A stretch of 64,000 nucleotides of DNA from an uncultured delta proteobacterium (GTDB lineage: Bacteria; Desulfobacterota; Binatia; UBA9968). This document shows positions 28,416 through 41,687 of this stretch, piece after piece; the first letter of the stretch is position 1; each line of letters opens with the position of its first letter. Both the position numbers and the translations under genes were made by a program. Location of the stretch: NCBI GenBank assembly GCA_963771465.1, contig CAVYTU010000009.1, positions 32,001 to 96,000 of the forward strand, in the 5' to 3' direction. A model generated the notes under the pieces. It was not told the origin of the DNA and searched no databases. It saw only the letters and a program-made list of their open reading frames with translations.

Positions 28416-29629
28416 GTCGGTCTCCCTTCGATGAGCGATTCCATCAAACGATAAGCTTGCTTGGCCACTACGCCGGTTTTCGCCGCATCTTTTTCGTTAT
28501 ACCCAACGGCGCCGTTGTCGCGTGGCTCGGCTGGAGAATAGAGTACGAACGGCACCGGGTCCGAAACGTGGGTTTTGAGCGCGATGGCGGTTGGATGATC
28601 GGGCATCAAGAGAATGCGAAAATCCTTGCGGCCGGCCATCCCTTTCAACACCGTGCCGACAACTTTCTCGTCAAAATCCTCCAGCGCTTGTATCTTAGCT
28701 TTGACATCGCCCATGTGGCCGGCTTCGTCGGTGGCTTCGACGTGAATGAAGACCAAGTCGTTTTTCTCCAGCGAGCGCACACCGTACTCGCCCTTGCCAA
28801 TATAGTTGGTATCGAGAAACCCGGTAATGCCGGGAACATCGATGCGCTCCAGGCCGGCGTAAACACCCAGGCCGTGAATGATATCGACGGCGGAAATCAC
28901 TCCACCGGTGATACCGAAGCGTTTGGTCAACGGCGGCATTTGCGGCGCCCGACCTTGACCCCAGAGCCAGATCGTCGTTGCTTGGCGTTTACCGTCGGCC
29001 TGCCGCTGCTTATTTACGCGATGATTCGCCAGCAGCGGCTCAGACGCCGCCATCAAATGCAGCAAGCGATCGGCGCCTTCGCCTTTGGGGATATAGCCGG
29101 CGGTTTTTTGGTCGGTGATATCGTGCGGCGGCGTGGTTGCCATCTTTTCCTTGCCGTCACGCCAAACCATCAAATGGCGATAACTGACGCCCGGGAAAAA
29201 TTCGATACCGTCGCCGCCGAGTTGTTTTCCCAAGTCTTGAATAATCTCCGCCGCTTCCTCAGTCGTGATGTGACCCGACGTGAAGTCCTCCATGGTCGTC
29301 CCATCGCCGCTGCCACACAAGGTAACCAAATTGCAGCGAAAGGCGATGTCTTTGGGACCGAGCGCCACGCCCATGCTTGCGGCTTCGAGCGGTGAGCGGC
29401 CGGTGTGATAAAGCGCCGGATCGTAGCCCATGATGCTCATGTTGCCGACATCGCTGCCTGGCGGAAAACCCTCGGGGATGACATGGGCGATGCCGTACAC
29501 GCCGCGCTGCGCCAGCCAGTCCATGTTCGGTGTGCGCGCCGCTTCGAGCGGCGTCTTACCCCCGAGAATCTCGAGCGGATAATCAGCCATGCCATCGCCT
29601 TGAAGAATGATGTATTTCACTTGTGCCAA
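28400..29629 (-). CDS. apgM: cofactor-independent phosphoglycerate mutase family (ApgM; possibly homoserine kinase-type)
   Basis: DGMAD, GKTPL, PGSD, GRSPLEA, SYRH, PPHD, DEAGH, PDH.T, H..DPVP. Confidence 0.9.
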   Translation of the reverse strand: MAQVKYIILQGDGMADYPLEILGGKTPLEAARTPNMDWLAQRGVYGIAHVIPEGFPPGSDVGNMSIMGYDPALYHTGRSPLEAASMGVALGPKDIAFRCNLVTLCGSGDGTTMEDFTSGHITTEEAAEIIQDLGKQLGGDGIEFFPGVSYRHLMVWRDGKEKMATTPPHDITDQKTAGYIPKGEGADRLLHLMAASEPLLANHRVNKQRQADGKRQATTIWLWGQGRAPQMPPLTKRFGITGGVISAVDIIHGLGVYAGLERIDVPGITGFLDTNYIGKGEYGVRSLEKNDLVFIHVEATDEAGHMGDVKAKIQALEDFDEKVVGTVLKGMAGRKDFRILLMPDHPTAIALKTHVSDPVPFVLYSPAEPRDNGAVGYNEKDAAKTGVVAKQAYRLMESLIEGRPTWTEI

Positions 29630-29653
29630 CCGCCTTGAAAATTTGCTGTCCGG

Positions 29654-31048
29654 CTAATACGCGCCCCAGATCGGAAACCACACCGGATCGACTACGATAT
29701 AGTCTCGATTGCGTACGGAATCCAGAGCCTTGCGCATTTGCTTCAACGTCGCGCGCTCCAAAGTCATCACGAAGGGCAGGACTTGTTGCGCCTTCGGCTT
29801 GAACTTGTAGCTCTGCATCAAACTGCGCAGCTCGTCGTCGACGTGGCGCAACTGCCAAATCTCGGAAATATTCACACCGGAGCGGCCGAAGGCCTGGCCG
29901 ATATCGCCGACAATCCCGGCATGATCTTTCACCACGAAGCGGACGTAAAACGGCACGTCAATGTCATCTTCGGCTTGCAGCGTCAGCGTCCCCGGCGCAA
30001 TCAGACTCGGCGCGCCGCTAAACTTGCGCTCGCCGCGCGCCAGCTCGGAGACGTCGCCGAGCACCGCTACTGCCGTCGGCCCGCCGCCGGCGCCGGGACC
30101 GACCAAAACGTAGTCGCAGTCGCGCTCGCCGCGGCCGGCGCTGCTGCTTTTGCCGGCGAAACAGACAGCGTTCATCGCACCGTCGACACTGCCGAGGAAA
30201 CTTTCTGCGGCAACCAAAGCGGGCGAAACGAAAACTTGAACCGAGCGGCCTCTACGCCGCGCCACGGCCAGCTGTTTGATGGTGCTGTTACCGATGCGTT
30301 TAGCGTAGCGAAAGTCGACCGCCTGGATATCCTCGATGCCCTTGCGCCAAATCTTACCGGGTTGGATTTCGAGACCGAAGCCGACCAGACTGAGCAGCAG
30401 CAACTTGGCTTCGGCATCGCTGCCATTGACGTCGGCAGCCGGATTGGTTTCGGCGTAACCCTTCTGCTGCGCTTCTTTGAGCGCTTCGCCGTAGGGTTTA
30501 CCGCCCTTTTCCATTTGCGAAAGTATGTAATTGCAGGTGCCGTTGACGATGCCAAAAATCGCTTCCGGTTCTTCGACCGCGAAACTCTCGCTCAGCGATC
30601 GAATCACCGGGATGCCCCCGCCAACGCAGGCTTCGAAACGAAGCTGCTGCCCGGCTTTCTTGGCCGCCGCCCATATCTGTTTGCCATAACGAGCCAGTAC
30701 CGCTTTGTCGGAAGTGACCACCGATTTGCCATTGCGAAAAGCGCGTAAGATGTAATCGCGAAACTGTGGCAGCTGGGAGGCGGACTGAAAGCCCAACGCT
30801 TCAATGACGATGTCGACGCCGGGATGATCGAGCACGTCTTCGGCACGGTTGGTAAAAAGCGCCCGGTGTTTGCCGAACCATTTTTTACCGTCCGGGCTGC
30901 GCGTATAGATTTTGCGAATTTCTAGCTCGATCGCGTCACCGACTTGGCCCTTGAGATCGCGAAAAAGAATATCCTGGATCGCCTCGCCCACCACACCGGA
31001 GCCGAGCAGGCCGACGCCGACTTTACGCCGTTTGTTCGCTGTTGCCAT
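29654..31048 (-). CDS. hom: homoserine dehydrogenase with C-terminal ACT domain
   Basis: GLLGSGVVG, FEACVGGGIP, GIVNGTCNYIL, GYAE.NP..D..G.D...K, GPGAGG.PTA. Confidence 0.93.
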   Translation of the reverse strand: MATANKRRKVGVGLLGSGVVGEAIQDILFRDLKGQVGDAIELEIRKIYTRSPDGKKWFGKHRALFTNRAEDVLDHPGVDIVIEALGFQSASQLPQFRDYILRAFRNGKSVVTSDKAVLARYGKQIWAAAKKAGQQLRFEACVGGGIPVIRSLSESFAVEEPEAIFGIVNGTCNYILSQMEKGGKPYGEALKEAQQKGYAETNPAADVNGSDAEAKLLLLSLVGFGLEIQPGKIWRKGIEDIQAVDFRYAKRIGNSTIKQLAVARRRGRSVQVFVSPALVAAESFLGSVDGAMNAVCFAGKSSSAGRGERDCDYVLVGPGAGGGPTAVAVLGDVSELARGERKFSGAPSLIAPGTLTLQAEDDIDVPFYVRFVVKDHAGIVGDIGQAFGRSGVNISEIWQLRHVDDELRSLMQSYKFKPKAQQVLPFVMTLERATLKQMRKALDSVRNRDYIVVDPVWFPIWGAY

Positions 31049-31086
31049 TGGGAAAAATGCTAGCCGCCGGGAAAATAGAATGGGGA

Positions 31087-32265
31087 CTAGTCGAGGAGTT
31101 TGCCGAGCGCCCGTTTGATTTTACGCACCGCCTGCTTGGTGCGATGCTCGTTTTCAATCAGCGCGAAACGGACATGCTCGTCGCCATACTGGCCGAAACC
31201 GATGCCCGGCGAGACGGCGACCTGAGCTTCCTGGAGCAAGTATTTGGCAAACTCCACGGAACCCATCTTCTTCGCCGGCTCGGGAATTTCCGCCCAGACA
31301 AACATCGTCCCCTTGGGTCTGGGAATATGCCAGCCGGCGCGGTCGAGACCGTCGAGCAAGGAATCGCGCCGTTTGCGATACATCGAACAAATCTCTTCGA
31401 CGCAGTCCTGCGGCCCGTTGAGCGCCTGAATCGCGGCGATCTGAATCGGCTGAAAAATACCATAGTCGAGATAGCTCTTGATGCGCGCCAAGGCGTGGAC
31501 AATCTCCTTGTTGCCGACGCAAAAACCGACGCGCCAGCCCGGCATGTTGTAACTCTTGGACAGCGAGAAAAATTCGACGCCGACATCCTTGGCGCCGGCA
31601 GCCTGCAGGAAACTCGGCGCCTGATAACCGTCAAAGGTCAGATCGGCATAAGCGAGATCATGCACGACGATGAATTCATGTTCCTTGGCGACTTTGACGA
31701 CGCGCTCGAAAAAATCGAGCTCGACGACTTGGGTGGTTGGATTGTGTGGAAAGCTGATGATCAACATTTTCGGCTTGGGCCAAGTCTGTCGAATCGCTTC
31801 TTCGAGACGGCCGAAGAACTCTTCACTGGTCGTAAGCGGAATGCAGCGCAAATCGCCGCCGGCGAGGACCACCGCATATTGATGGATCGGATAAGTCGGG
31901 CTCGGGCAAAGAATCACATCGCCGGGATCGATGGTCGCCCAGGCGAGATGGGATAACCCCTCTTTGGCACCGATGGTGACGATCGCCTCGCTGTCCGGAT
32001 CGATGTCGATATCATAACGCCGCTTGTACCAACCGGCGATGGCGCAACGCAGCTTATAAATACCGCGGGAAACCGAGTAGCGGTGATTAGCGGGCTTGGA
32101 TGCGGCCTCGATCAACTTTGCCACCACATGTGGCGGCGTGGGCAAATCGGGATTGCCCATGCCGAAGTCAACGATGTCTTCGCCCCTATGCCGCGCTTCC
32201 ATCTTCATGCCATCGATGATGCTGAAGACATAGGGCGGCAGCCGCTTTATCCGCTGAAATTCCAC
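31087..32265 (-). CDS. alaC: class I/II aminotransferase AlaC
   Basis: [51 protein letters not shown]. Confidence 0.9.
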   Translation of the reverse strand: MEFQRIKRLPPYVFSIIDGMKMEARHRGEDIVDFGMGNPDLPTPPHVVAKLIEAASKPANHRYSVSRGIYKLRCAIAGWYKRRYDIDIDPDSEAIVTIGAKEGLSHLAWATIDPGDVILCPSPTYPIHQYAVVLAGGDLRCIPLTTSEEFFGRLEEAIRQTWPKPKMLIISFPHNPTTQVVELDFFERVVKVAKEHEFIVVHDLAYADLTFDGYQAPSFLQAAGAKDVGVEFFSLSKSYNMPGWRVGFCVGNKEIVHALARIKSYLDYGIFQPIQIAAIQALNGPQDCVEEICSMYRKRRDSLLDGLDRAGWHIPRPKGTMFVWAEIPEPAKKMGSVEFAKYLLQEAQVAVSPGIGFGQYGDEHVRFALIENEHRTKQAVRKIKRALGKLLD

Positions 32266-32391
32266 GCTCGCTACCTTATCCTTTCTGGAATTGGGAAAAT
32301 GTTTTTCTATTTATAAGGCATCACTTGAGTCCGTGCAAACAGACAATACTTGCTAGGTCCAAACCCGGAAAACCGTGCGGCATCGCTGTGG

Positions 32392-34596
32392 TTATCCCAC
32401 CGTTCCCAACTGCAAACGCTTACCCCATCGATGCCTAAGCAACTCGCGCATGCCGGCCGACTCTTTGCTTTTCAACTGCGGATCTTTATCCAGCCACGCC
32501 AGAGCTTCTTGGCGCGCTTCGATTAGCAAACGCGCGTCGCGGATGAGATTGGCCAAACGAAAGTCTACTAATCCTGATTGCCGGGTGCCGAGAAATTCGC
32601 CAGGGCCGCGCAGTTGGAGGTCGGCTTCGGCGATTTTGAAGCCATCGGATTCCTTTTCCATTACGCGCAAGCGTTCACCTGCGACCGTGCCGCCGGCGCC
32701 GTGATTGACGAGAAAGCACAATCCCGCTGCGCTGCCGCGCCCGACCCGCCCACGCAGCTGATGGAGTTGCGATAGGCCGAAACGCTCGGCGTGCTCGACG
32801 ACGATCACCGTTGCGTTCGAAATGTCGATGCCGACTTCGATGACGGTGGTGGCGACGAGAATGGCTAGCTTGCCGTCTCGGAACTCGCGCATGACGGCGT
32901 CGCGCTCATCCGTCTTCATCCGGCCATGGGCCAAACCGACGCCGAAATCCTTGAACATCGTCTGGCGCATCTTCTCGGCCATCTGCGTGGCGTCGCGCAC
33001 TTCTTGGAGCTGCTCGGACGCTTCAACTAGGGGCAAGACGACGAAAGCCTGATGGCCGCGCTTGAGCTCTTCGAGCACCAGCGAATAAAGCTGCTTGCGT
33101 TCCCGCTCGGCAAAAACTTTTGTCCGAATCGGCGTCCGCCCCGGCGGCATTTCATCGACGTAGGAGACTTCCATGTCGCCGTAGAGCACCATGGCGAGAC
33201 TGCGCGGGATCGGCGTCGCGCTCATGAGCAATATATGCGGCTCGCGCTTGCCGGCGGCGGCACCGACCAACTGCTGCAGCGACAAGCGCTGCATGACGCC
33301 GAAGCGATGCTGCTCGTCGATGACGCCCAAGCCCATGAGCGGCATGCGCACCTCGTCTTGAATCAAAGCATGGGTGCCGACGATGAATTGGATCTCGCCG
33401 TTGGCGATGCGCGGGAGCAAAACTTTGCGTTCGCGCGCCGGCGTCGACGCCGTGAGCAGCGCAGCTGAAACGCCAAGCGCGTGCGCGAACGTCAGCAAAT
33501 TGCGAAAATGCTGTTCGGCGAGCATTTCTGTCGGCGCCATCCAGACCGCCTGGTGACCCTGTTCGATCACTTGCAGGGAAGCCAGCCAGGCCACCATGGT
33601 TTTGCCGGAACCGACATCGCCTTGCACCAGGCGGTGCATGGGATGATCAGCCGCGAGGTCGTTTTGGATTTCCCCCAGCACCCGCGCTTGCGCGCCGGTG
33701 AGCTTGAACGGCAGTAGCTGGTGCATACGCATGGACAGCTTGTCGTTGCGTCCCGACATTCTGGGACCCGAGCTGCGCCGCCGCCAGTGTTTGCGCAAGC
33801 CCAGGCCCAATTGCAGAAAGAACAACTCTTCGAACACAATCGTGCGATGTGCCGGCGACGCCGCTTCGTTCAGGGCGTCCAAATCGACGTCGAGCGGCGG
33901 TTGGTGCAGCTGCGCCAAGGCGGTGGATACGGATAACAAACCTTGGCGTTTGGCAATCGCTGGCGGCAGCCGATTAGGTACGCAGCCGCCAAACTGTGCG
34001 AGCGCCTGCCCGGCCAATTTACGAATGAACGATAAGGGTAACCCGCCCGGCCGCAAATAAACCGGCAGCACCCGGCGCAGGCTCGCATCGTCGCCGGCGT
34101 CGATCACCTCAAAGTCGGGGTGAACGATGCGCATTCTCATCTGCTGGCCGTGCTCGACTTTGCCGTGGACGAGCAGCGTCTGGCCTTTTGCCAAGCCACT
34201 GACCAAAAAACTTGGCGCGCGATACCAAACTAGATCAAGCGCCGCGGTGTCGTCGCGCACGGTCGCGGTCATCAACTGCATGCGCCGGCGCGGAATGAAT
34301 CGGCTTTGCAACATCACCAACTCGCCGACAAAACTCTCCTCCTGACCCAACTCCGCGGCGGCAATTTTCTTGAGTAGGCGCCGATCCTCGTAACGAAACG
34401 GCAAGTGATAGAGAATATCTTCGACCGTGCTCAAGCCGCTCGCTTCGAGCAACTCGGCGCGCTTGGGTCCGACCCCTTTCAAATCCTGAACCGGTGTCGC
34501 CAAGGCGCGCAGACGTTCGCGCATGGTGACAGGAGGAATCGGCTCGGCGGGATTGTCAGGCGGATTGGCTGTGACGGTAGTCATGGAATCACTCAC
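32392..34596 (-). CDS. recG: ATP-dependent DNA helicase RecG
   Basis: wedge domain, QGDVGSGKT, DEQH, SATPIPR, QLRGRVGRG, DL.LRGPGE. Confidence 0.97.
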   Translation of the reverse strand: MSDSMTTVTANPPDNPAEPIPPVTMRERLRALATPVQDLKGVGPKRAELLEASGLSTVEDILYHLPFRYEDRRLLKKIAAAELGQEESFVGELVMLQSRFIPRRRMQLMTATVRDDTAALDLVWYRAPSFLVSGLAKGQTLLVHGKVEHGQQMRMRIVHPDFEVIDAGDDASLRRVLPVYLRPGGLPLSFIRKLAGQALAQFGGCVPNRLPPAIAKRQGLLSVSTALAQLHQPPLDVDLDALNEAASPAHRTIVFEELFFLQLGLGLRKHWRRRSSGPRMSGRNDKLSMRMHQLLPFKLTGAQARVLGEIQNDLAADHPMHRLVQGDVGSGKTMVAWLASLQVIEQGHQAVWMAPTEMLAEQHFRNLLTFAHALGVSAALLTASTPARERKVLLPRIANGEIQFIVGTHALIQDEVRMPLMGLGVIDEQHRFGVMQRLSLQQLVGAAAGKREPHILLMSATPIPRSLAMVLYGDMEVSYVDEMPPGRTPIRTKVFAERERKQLYSLVLEELKRGHQAFVVLPLVEASEQLQEVRDATQMAEKMRQTMFKDFGVGLAHGRMKTDERDAVMREFRDGKLAILVATTVIEVGIDISNATVIVVEHAERFGLSQLHQLRGRVGRGSAAGLCFLVNHGAGGTVAGERLRVMEKESDGFKIAEADLQLRGPGEFLGTRQSGLVDFRLANLIRDARLLIEARQEALAWLDKDPQLKSKESAGMRELLRHRWGKRLQLGTVG

Positions 34597-34656
34597 CGTC
34601 GAGGATCACGACTGTCTTAAAAGCGAATCTCTTATTCCTGCGAATACGAGCGACGA

Positions 34657-37887
<3,231 letters not shown>

Positions 37888-37896
37888 GAGTTACGA

Positions 37897-39057
37897 CTAG
37901 CCTCGATGTTTTGCCATCATGTCGGTGAAGCGTTTGAACAAATAATCGGCGTCATGGGGTCCGGGCGACGATTCCGGGTGATACTGGATGGAAAATAAGG
38001 GTAGTTCGCGATGCGCCAAACCCTCCACCGTGTTGTCGTTGAGATTCAAGTGGGTCACTTGCACCGCGCCGCCAAGGGAATCGGCGTCCACGGCGAAGCC
38101 ATGATTTTGCGCGGTGATTTCGACCTTGCGTGTGGTCAGGTCCATGACCGGCTGATTGCCGCCGTGATGGCCAAACTTGAGTTTGAAAGTTTTGCCGCCA
38201 AGCGCCAAACCCATGATTTGATGCCCGAGGCAAATGCCGAAGATCGGCTTTGTGCCGATGAGCTTTTGCACGTTATCTTTGGCGTAGGGCACCGCATCGG
38301 GATCGCCTGGCCCATTGGAGAGAAAAATTCCATCGGGATTGAGCGCCAGAACTTCTTCAGCCGGCATCGTCGCCGGAACGACTTTAACCTGGCAGCCGGA
38401 CTCGGCGAGATTGCGCAGGATGTTGTACTTGATGCCAAAATCGTAGGCGACGACAAAATAATTCGGCGCAGCGAAGCTCGCTTTGCCGCGCCGCTTAGCG
38501 ATTTTGCCGCCATCGCGCTGCTTGTAACCGCCGCTCAGTCCCCACATCCCTTGGTTCCAGTCGTAGGCCTCGTCGCAGGTCACGTTCTTGACCAGATCGA
38601 CTCCAATCAATCCCGGCGACGCCTTGGCTTTGGCGACAAGCTCCGCCGGATTCGAATTGACCGTTGAGATAATTCCATCCTGGGCGCCGTGATCGCGCAG
38701 ATGGCGCACCAGCGATCGTGTGTCGATGCCCTGAATGCCGACGATGCCGTTCGTTTGCATGTATTCATGCAGCGGCTCGCGCGCGCGCCAGTTGCTCGGC
38801 TGCGCCGTGTAGTCTTTGACGATGAAGCCGCGCACGAAGGGTTTGCGCGATTCGACATCTTCTAAATTAACCCCAACATTGCCGATCTGCGGATAAGTCA
38901 TCGCCACCAATTGCCCTTCGTAAGACGGATCGGTGAGGATTTCTTGGTAGCCGGTCATGCTAGTGTTGAAAACCACCTCGCCGATCGCTTCGCCCTCCGC
39001 GCCGAAAGCGAGACCTTCGAAATATTTGCCGTCCGCCAGTGCTAAAATCGCTTTCAT
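37897..39057 (-). CDS. carA: carbamoyl-phosphate synthase small subunit
   Basis: GEVVFNT.MTGYQE, SNGPGDP, GICLGHQ, QYHPE. Confidence 0.98.
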   Translation of the reverse strand: MKAILALADGKYFEGLAFGAEGEAIGEVVFNTSMTGYQEILTDPSYEGQLVAMTYPQIGNVGVNLEDVESRKPFVRGFIVKDYTAQPSNWRAREPLHEYMQTNGIVGIQGIDTRSLVRHLRDHGAQDGIISTVNSNPAELVAKAKASPGLIGVDLVKNVTCDEAYDWNQGMWGLSGGYKQRDGGKIAKRRGKASFAAPNYFVVAYDFGIKYNILRNLAESGCQVKVVPATMPAEEVLALNPDGIFLSNGPGDPDAVPYAKDNVQKLIGTKPIFGICLGHQIMGLALGGKTFKLKFGHHGGNQPVMDLTTRKVEITAQNHGFAVDADSLGGAVQVTHLNLNDNTVEGLAHRELPLFSIQYHPESSPGPHDADYLFKRFTDMMAKHRG

Positions 39058-39059
39058 TA

Positions 39060-41024
39060 TTATGACCGCGCCGCCTTTTTTTCCCCACCGGCACTCGGCG
39101 ACTTCACGGCGTCCGCCGGGCCGATGACCGAGAAGATCACCACTTGATCTTTTTCTTCCTGTTCCAAGCCGCGCAGCTTCACCCGTACGCGATCTTTCTC
39201 GGAGCTGGGAATATTCTTGCCGACATAGTTCGGTTTCACGGGGACTTCGCGATGGCCGCGATCGATCAACACCGCCAACCGCACCGACTGCGGCCGGCCC
39301 GAACGAAAAATAATGCTCAGCGCACTCTTGACCGTGCGGCCGGTGTGGACGACGTCGTCGACTAGAATCACTTCGCGGTCTTTGAGGCTGAGCGGCGCGG
39401 CGTCTGGATCGGCTGGCGCCAGACGCTTGATCTCGTCGCCCGAGCCGTAAATTTCGATCTCGCCCAATTCGATTTTACGCTTGCGCTGGGTTTCGATTTC
39501 CGCGGCGATGCGCTGCGCCAACTGCGAGCCGACGCTGCGCACGCCGAGAATCAGCAAGCGATCCGGATCGCGGCAGTCGCGCAAAATTTGCCGGCTCATC
39601 TCCGCCAACGCCGAGGCGATTTCCACGTCATTCATGAGCGCCCGCTGCGGCCCGCTTTTTATCGGCTCGTAGCCAAGCTCTTCGGCTTCCTTGATCGAAT
39701 TGAAGATCGCCAGTTGTTTCTTCTCCAGCCAGCCGTCAATCTGGCCGGCGAGCGAATGATCATAGGAGCAATAGCGTTTGCTCTTCACGTCACCGACAAA
39801 CTGCACCTTGAAGCGATGATCGCAATAAGCGCAGCCAAGGATCAGCGTGCCGTTCTCGCCCACGGTGAACAATTCGAAACGCTTATCGGTCGACACCGGC
39901 TCTTTCAGAGTCACGCAGTTGGGATTGTGACACTGCGGTCCGAGCTTCTCCGGACTTTTGTAGGCGGGCGCTTTGTTAATTGGCGCGGCGGCTTTAGCCT
40001 CACGCCGGTCAAAGAGAAACTTTAGTAGCGCCATGCGCACCGGCACGCCGTAAGCCGCCTGTTTGAAATAAATTCCGCGCCAGTCTCTGTCCAGTTCCGG
40101 CGATAGCTCGTCGACTCGCGGCAGCGGATGCATGACCACGGTGTCTTGAAAACGCTGCTCGCGCAAAAACTCCGGACCGATGGTCGGGTAACTGGCGTCG
40201 GCCGCGCCGTCCTTCATGCGCTCTTTTTGCTTACGCGTCATGTAAAAGGCGTCGTAGCGCAGACCGGTCGCCAACGAATTCAATCGTGCTTGAATCACCT
40301 CATCGACTTGGGTGAAGAGCGCCAACTGATGCGGCTGCTTGGGGGTTAAATATAAGGCGTCAGTTTCCGTCATCACGGCACTCAAGTCATCGGACGCCAT
40401 CGGCGCCAGAGCGTAATCATATTCCCGCTCCAAGCGTTCAAGCACATATTGCGGCAGCTCCATGCCGTTGGCCGCCAAGGTGACCACGTTGGCGCCAAAG
40501 CGCGCCAGCGCGAATACCAGAGAATGAATCGTCCGGCCGTTTTTGAGATCGCCGCACACGACCACTGTCAAACCTTTGAGCGCGCCCTTTTCTTGGCGTA
40601 GCGTGTAGAGATCGCACAGCGTCTGGGTCGGATGCTCATGACCGCCATCGCCGGCATTGATGACCGGCACGTCGGCGTGCTCGGCCATCGCTTGCACCGC
40701 GCCGTCCCAATTGTGGCGCACCACGAGAACGTCGGCGTAGGCCGAAACCACCTTGGCGGTATCCGCCAGGGTTTCTCCTTTCGCCACGGAAGACGACTTC
40801 ATGTCCGAGCAGCTGATCACCGAGCCACCCAAACGCTGCATGGCCGACTCGAACGACAACCGGGTACGCGTGCTCGGCTCGTAGAAGAGCGTCGCCATGA
40901 TCTGGCCGTTTGCCGGACACTCAGACCGTAATCGCTGGGCCGTATCGGCCAAAGAAAAAATCTCTTCGATCTCGTCGTTGGTCAGGTCGGCTATGGAAAT
41001 TAAGCTGCGCATTTCAGTTCGCAT
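39060..41024 (-). CDS. pyrB: aspartate carbamoyltransferase fusion: PyrB + PyrI Zn domain + Ada-N-like module + PyrR-like PRT domain
   Basis: [35 protein letters not shown] (aa 1-340); CHNPNC...CAYC (365-401); [20 protein letters not shown] (460-634); start may be the ATG at 41012. Confidence 0.92.
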   Translation of the reverse strand: MRTEMRSLISIADLTNDEIEEIFSLADTAQRLRSECPANGQIMATLFYEPSTRTRLSFESAMQRLGGSVISCSDMKSSSVAKGETLADTAKVVSAYADVLVVRHNWDGAVQAMAEHADVPVINAGDGGHEHPTQTLCDLYTLRQEKGALKGLTVVVCGDLKNGRTIHSLVFALARFGANVVTLAANGMELPQYVLERLEREYDYALAPMASDDLSAVMTETDALYLTPKQPHQLALFTQVDEVIQARLNSLATGLRYDAFYMTRKQKERMKDGAADASYPTIGPEFLREQRFQDTVVMHPLPRVDELSPELDRDWRGIYFKQAAYGVPVRMALLKFLFDRREAKAAAPINKAPAYKSPEKLGPQCHNPNCVTLKEPVSTDKRFELFTVGENGTLILGCAYCDHRFKVQFVGDVKSKRYCSYDHSLAGQIDGWLEKKQLAIFNSIKEAEELGYEPIKSGPQRALMNDVEIASALAEMSRQILRDCRDPDRLLILGVRSVGSQLAQRIAAEIETQRKRKIELGEIEIYGSGDEIKRLAPADPDAAPLSLKDREVILVDDVVHTGRTVKSALSIIFRSGRPQSVRLAVLIDRGHREVPVKPNYVGKNIPSSEKDRVRVKLRGLEQEEKDQVVIFSVIGPADAVKSPSAGGEKKAARS

Positions 41025-41571
41025 TTCGGCCTTGCCAATCGGCGACGATCACTTGGTCGACGCCATCCGACTCTGCCAACAATACGTTGACCCGTTGGCC
41101 ATCCTGGGCATCGATATTTTTACCGACAACGTCGGCACGGATCGGCAGCTCCCGGGCGCCGCGATCGATCAAGACCGCGACAAGAATTCGTTTGGGCCGG
41201 CCAAGCCGCTCCACCGCCTCCATCGCCGCGCGAATGGTCCGGCCGCGAAAGATCACGTCGTCGATCAGGACTACGACTTTGTCGTCGACCGCGACTTGGA
41301 CTTCGAAAGCGCCGACAGCCGGCAATTCCGATCGCTGGCTTCGGTCATCACGATAGGGCGTGACATCGATAACGCCGACCGGCGGCGCCAGGTGATTCAT
41401 TTCCTCAAGCTTGCGCGCCAGCCGGCGCGCCAAATGCACCCCGCGTGAGCGAATCCCGATGAGCACCAATTCACGAGGTGTTGACGCCTTCTCGACAATC
41501 TCATGCGCCATCCGCGTGATGACCCGGACGAGATCGTCGCCCTGCAAGACAATTTTTCGCTCTTGGGCCAT
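41014..41571 (-). CDS. pyrR: pyrimidine operon attenuation protein PyrR
   Basis: ITRMAHEI, GIRSRG, DVTPYRDD, LIDDVIFRGRT, DRG.RELPIRAD.VGK. Confidence 0.93.
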   Translation of the reverse strand: MAQERKIVLQGDDLVRVITRMAHEIVEKASTPRELVLIGIRSRGVHLARRLARKLEEMNHLAPPVGVIDVTPYRDDRSQRSELPAVGAFEVQVAVDDKVVVLIDDVIFRGRTIRAAMEAVERLGRPKRILVAVLIDRGARELPIRADVVGKNIDAQDGQRVNVLLAESDGVDQVIVADWQGRNAN

Positions 41572-41608
41572 AAAAAAAGACTCCGTCGGCGTTACCGAGA
41601 GAGTCTTT
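41572..41608 (-). terminator. attenuator terminator of the pyr leader, overlapping the pyrR SD
   Basis: minus strand AAAGACUC-UCUCGGUAACGCCGACG-GAGUCUUUUUUU, directly before the pyrR ATG. Confidence 0.8.
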
Positions 41609-41642
41609 GCGCGCGCGAATTATGTAAGTAAATTTTGCTCAT
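41592..41642 (-). CDS. putative 16-aa leader peptide MSKIYLHNSRAQRLSR
   Basis: ATG 4 nt after GGAAAAGG; stop TAA in the terminator loop. Confidence 0.45.
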   Translation of the reverse strand: MSKIYLHNSRAQRLSR

Positions 41643-41646
41643 GTCG

Positions 41647-41679
41647 CCTTTTCCGATCTCGCAGGATCGAATTAAAAGG
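41647..41679 (-). promoter_or_regulatory. PyrR-binding stem-loop
   Basis: CCUUUUAAUUCGAUCCUGCGAGAUCGGAAAAGG matches the CUUUAA / UCCnGnGAG PyrR-site pattern. Confidence 0.82.
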
Positions 41680-41687
41680 TATGAGTT

